A stretch of DNA of 64,000 bases, taken from the NCBI GenBank assembly GCA_964252075.1, contig CAXULY010000002.1, forward strand, positions 1 to 64,000, written 5' to 3'. This DNA is from an uncultured Deinococcaceae bacterium (lineage in GTDB: Bacteria; Deinococcota; Deinococci; Deinococcales; Deinococcaceae). The notes beneath the pieces were generated by a model. That model saw nothing but the letters and a program-made list of their open reading frames with translations, did not search any database and had not been told where the DNA came from. A program made the translations under genes and the position numbers. This document shows positions 60,792 to 64,000 of the stretch, piece after piece; the first letter of the stretch is position 1; each line of letters starts with the position of its first letter.

Positions 60792-61106
60792 TCAGGAGCC
60801 GTTGGCTTGCAGGTGCTCGTCGATCCACACGCCGCCGTTCAGGAACTGCACGATGCGGTCCAGCAGGTCCGCTTCGCGCGCGCCGATCACGCCGTCCTCC
60901 TCCGCGCGCAGCAGGGCGGTGTTGTACACCTCCGCGCGCAGCGTGCGGATGTCGCTGGGCGTGAGGTCCAGGGCGTCGCGCGTGTGCTGCAGCAGCTGGA
61001 GTTCCCCGTCCGTCAGCTGCCCGTCGGAAATCAGGCGCAGCAGCATGGCGCGCAGGGCGTCCAGGCGCGCGTGGTCCGCGAGGGTCGGCGTCTTCGGTTC
61101 GTTCAT
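60792..61106 (-). CDS. hypothetical protein, possibly TerB-like
   Basis: GGAGG RBS; duplicated SDGQLTDGE / EDGVIGARE motif. Confidence 0.7.
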   Translation of the reverse strand: MNEPKTPTLADHARLDALRAMLLRLISDGQLTDGELQLLQHTRDALDLTPSDIRTLRAEVYNTALLRAEEDGVIGAREADLLDRIVQFLNGGVWIDEHLQANGS

Positions 61107-61210
61107 GTGGTCCTCCGGCGGGCGGCCCGCCCCGCCTCATTCTAGGACCCGCGCGCCGCGGTGGGGCGAGGCGCTCCCTGAGGGTTTCCTCCAGTTATTC
61201 CCGGGGCAAC

Positions 61211-61245
61211 GAAGAGCGAGGCCAAGAACGCGGCCTCGCTCTTCG
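61211..61245. terminator. hairpin downstream of the fasciclin gene
   Basis: GAAGAGCGAGGCC-AAGAACGC-GGCCTCGCTCTTC. Confidence 0.6.
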
Positions 61246-61275
61246 TCACCTTGACGCCCTCCAGCTGGAGGGTCC

Positions 61276-61767
61276 TTACATGCCGGGCATCAGGACGGTG
61301 TCGATCACGTGCACCACGCCGTTCGTGGCCATCACGTCGGCTTTCGTGACGGTCGCGTCGTTGATCATCACCGTGCCGCCGCTCGCGGAGATCTTCACGT
61401 CGCTGCCCTCCAGGGTGGTGGCGGACGTGAGGTTCACGACCTGCGCGGCCGTCACGTCACCGGACACCACGTGGTACAGCAGCACCTTCTTGAGCTGCTC
61501 CTTGTCGTTCAGCAGGGCGTTCAGCGCGTCCTTCGGGACCTTCGCGAAGGCGGCGTTGGTGGGCGCGAAGACCGTGAAGGGGCCCGCGCCCGCCAGCGTC
61601 TGGTCGAGCCCGGCGGCCTTGAGGGCGGTGAGCAGCGTGCTGAACTGCGGGTCGGCGCTCACGAGTCCCGCGATGGTGGTGTACCCACCGGCGGCGCCAC
61701 CGCCGCCCGCGGAGGCGGTGCCGAGGGCGAGGGCGAGCAGGGGCAGCAGGGCAGCGGTTTTCTTCAT
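61276..61767 (-). CDS. secreted fasciclin (FAS1) domain protein
   Basis: GPFTVFAPTNAAF, VLLYHVV, ATNGVVHVIDTVL; AAGGAG RBS. Confidence 0.95.
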   Translation of the reverse strand: MKKTAALLPLLALALGTASAGGGGAAGGYTTIAGLVSADPQFSTLLTALKAAGLDQTLAGAGPFTVFAPTNAAFAKVPKDALNALLNDKEQLKKVLLYHVVSGDVTAAQVVNLTSATTLEGSDVKISASGGTVMINDATVTKADVMATNGVVHVIDTVLMPGM

Positions 61768-62019
61768 GGGTGCTCCTTACGGCCGCCGGAATGGCACGGC
61801 GCCCGTCTGATCTCATTGGTACGCGACGGGCCTCCCCGCGAACCGTGGGATTCGCCGAGATGTTTCGGGCCTTTGTAAGCGCCCCGGCATTGCGTGCGCG
61901 GAGTCTGTAGCGGCCGCTCACATCTGCCCGGTCCGCCGTCCTGCGCCTGCCGGCCGCCCGCCTTGGGGCGCACCACTTACCGCTTGCGGGCGGCCGGGCC
62001 TTCGGGCAGCATGGCGGGC

Positions 62020-62601
62020 ATGACGTTGCCGCAGCCGAGCATCGTGCTCATCACGGGCGTGATGGCCGCCGGGAAGAGCACGGTGGCGCAGGGCCTCGCG
62101 GAGTCGCTGCCCCGCAGCGTGCACCTGCGCGGGGATGTGTTCCGACGGATGATCGTGCGAGGCCGCGCGGACATCACGCCGGACCTGGCGCCCGACGCGC
62201 GCACCCAGCTGGACTTGCGGTACGGGCTCGCCGTGAGTGCCGCGCGTCAGTACGTGCAGGCGGGGTTCACGGTGGTGTACCAGGACGTCCTGCTGGAGGA
62301 GGACCTCACGCGCGCCGTGCGGGGGTTCTCGGATCTGCCGCTGTACGTGGTGGTGCTGTGCCCGCCCCCAGCGGTGGTGGCGGCGCGGGAGGCGCAGCGC
62401 GGCAAGCGCGGGTACGGCGGCGGCTGGACCGTGCCGGACCTCGACGCGTCGCTGCGGCGCTCACCGCGCGTGGGGTGGTGGGTGGACACGGGCGCGCTCA
62501 CGCCGCGCGAGACGGTCGAGGCAATCCTGCGGCACCTGCCCGACGCGCGGGTGGAGCGCCCGCCGCTCGGGACGGCGGGCGCTGAGGGCGGTTCGGCCTA
62601 G
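62020..62601 (+). CDS. P-loop kinase / phosphotransferase-like protein
   Basis: LITGVMAAGKST, HLRGDVFRRM; start 62011 or 62020. Confidence 0.8.
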   Translation: MTLPQPSIVLITGVMAAGKSTVAQGLAESLPRSVHLRGDVFRRMIVRGRADITPDLAPDARTQLDLRYGLAVSAARQYVQAGFTVVYQDVLLEEDLTRAVRGFSDLPLYVVVLCPPPAVVAAREAQRGKRGYGGGWTVPDLDASLRRSPRVGWWVDTGALTPRETVEAILRHLPDARVERPPLGTAGAEGGSA

Positions 62602-63527
62602 TCGCTGTGCACGGCGACGTACACGCCGCTCGCGTTGATCCAGCCGCGGTACATGCCTTCGGTGTTGTAGGGCAGGGCCACGTTGCCGTCCCGGTCCACC
62701 GCGCACAGGCCCGCGCCCCCGCCGAGCGCGCGGATCTCGCCGTTCACCATGGCGTCCGTGGCGTCCTGCAGGGACGCCCCCTGGTACAGCATGCGGGCGT
62801 GCACCTCGTGCCCCAGCGCGCGGCGGATGAACAGCTCGCCCTTGCCGGTGCCGGACAGCGCGCAGGTGCGGTCGTCCGCCCAGGTGCCCGCCCCGATGAT
62901 GGGCGTGTCCCCCACCCGGCCCACGGGTTTCGCGGTGTACCCGCCGGTGGAGGTGGCCGCCGCGAGGTGCCCGTGCGCGTCGAGGGCCGCAGCGCCCACG
63001 GTGCCGTGCTTGTCGCGCTCCGGAGCGTCCTGGGTGGTGCCCAGCCGCTCGCGTTCCAGCATGCGCTCCAGCGCCTCCATGCGGGACGCGGTGGTGAAGT
63101 GCGCGTTGTCCACCATGTCGCAGCCGTGCTGCTCCGCCCAGGCGTCCGCCGCGTCGCCCACCAGCAGCAGCGGGTCGGACGCTTCCGCAAGGGCGCGCGC
63201 GGCGCGCACGGGGTTGCGGATGCGCCGCGCGCCCGCCACCGCCCCCGCGCGGCCCGTCGCGCCGTCCATGATGGACGAGTCGAGTTCATGGAAGCCCGCG
63301 CGGTTGCTGGCGGCGCCGTACCCGGCGTTGAAGACCGGGTCGTCCTCCAGCACCACCACCGCCTGCGTCACGGCGTCCAGGGCCGCGCCGCCTGCCTCCA
63401 GCACCGCGTACCCGGCAAGCAGTGCGCGGCGCAGGGCGTCGCGCGCCGCGCGGTCCGTCTCCGGCGTGAGTTCCGCGCGCGGGATGGCCCCGCAACCCCC
63501 GTGAATGGCCAGCACCGGACGGCTCAC
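62598..63527 (-). CDS. iaaA: isoaspartyl peptidase/L-asparaginase (Ntn hydrolase)
   Basis: LAIHGGCG, FNAGYG, HG-TVGA cleavage site, ATSTGG, GRVGDTP, SGTGKGE, NTEGMYRG. Confidence 0.92.
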   Translation of the reverse strand: MSRPVLAIHGGCGAIPRAELTPETDRAARDALRRALLAGYAVLEAGGAALDAVTQAVVVLEDDPVFNAGYGAASNRAGFHELDSSIMDGATGRAGAVAGARRIRNPVRAARALAEASDPLLLVGDAADAWAEQHGCDMVDNAHFTTASRMEALERMLERERLGTTQDAPERDKHGTVGAAALDAHGHLAAATSTGGYTAKPVGRVGDTPIIGAGTWADDRTCALSGTGKGELFIRRALGHEVHARMLYQGASLQDATDAMVNGEIRALGGGAGLCAVDRDGNVALPYNTEGMYRGWINASGVYVAVHSD

Positions 63528-63620
63528 AGCCCGGCCCCCTGCAGTTCGTGTGTGCAGCGCATGTCGGCCATCCTACCGTGCGGCGGGGTGCGCGCCGGGA
63601 ACGCGGGTAGAGTGGTGGGC

Positions 63621-64000
63621 ATGACGCTTGAATCGGTTTCGGGCGCGCCGGTCGGCGCGCTCTCAGGTCGGGTGGTGCTGGTGACGGGCGCGGCGAGCGG
63701 CATCGGGCGCGCCACCGCGCTCGCGGCGGGCGCGGCGGGCGCGCACGTGGTCGTGGTGGACACGCAGGCGGCGGAAGGTGAGGTCACGGCGGGCATGGTG
63801 GGCGAGCACGGCGTGGACGCGGTGTTCATGGCGTGCGACGTGGCGGACGCCCAGTCCGTGGAGGCCACCGTGCAGGCGGCGGTGCAGCGCTTCGGGCGGC
63901 TGGACGTGCTGGTGAACAACGCGGGCATCTCGGGCGGCGCCGCGCGCGCGCACGAGCTGGACGTGGACCTCTGGGACCGCGTGCTGGCCGTGAACCTGCG
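63621..64000 (+). CDS. SDR family oxidoreductase, 5' part
   Basis: Not in ORF track; MTLESVSG...VVLVTGAASGIGRA...FGRLDVLVNNAG; TAGAGT 7 nt before ATG. Confidence 0.9.
   Translation, partial: MTLESVSGAPVGALSGRVVLVTGAASGIGRATALAAGAAGAHVVVVDTQAAEGEVTAGMVGEHGVDAVFMACDVADAQSVEATVQAAVQRFGRLDVLVNNAGISGGAARAHELDVDLWDRVLAVNL

Overview
GC-rich bacterial chromosomal segment, probably Deinococcus (inference from NPCBM lipoproteins, a DUF4388 protein and many apparently leaderless genes with a TAnnnT box 6-7 nt before the start). All calls come from motif reading only; no database search was run. Main content: (i) a B12/cobalt locus with two divergent cobalamin riboswitches driving cobN (carrying an extra N-terminal Cys-rich ferredoxin-like domain) plus a ChlI/D chelatase ATPase, and a NiCoT transporter plus a BtuF-like binding protein, with eutBC about 36 kb away; (ii) a LacI-regulated alpha-galactoside ABC/GH4 operon whose LacI seems to start at CTG; (iii) a histidine kinase / NarL regulator operon ending in a secreted GH5-fold protein that has lost most catalytic residues; (iv) a lower-GC islet (about 40.9-44.7 kb) with a 34-bp loxP-like inverted repeat upstream of a coupled AbrB-VapC-tyrosine recombinase operon; (v) a REC-like/DUF4388/Roadblock fusion with an internal RBS; (vi) several tiny leader ORFs and decayed genes (CheB-like, cadA/cadC-like, EAL, SRPBCC). 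No rRNA, tRNA or CRISPR array was seen. Best candidates for something undescribed: the site + TA + recombinase cassette, the two-component system with a dead GH5, and the ferredoxin-CobN dual-riboswitch locus.
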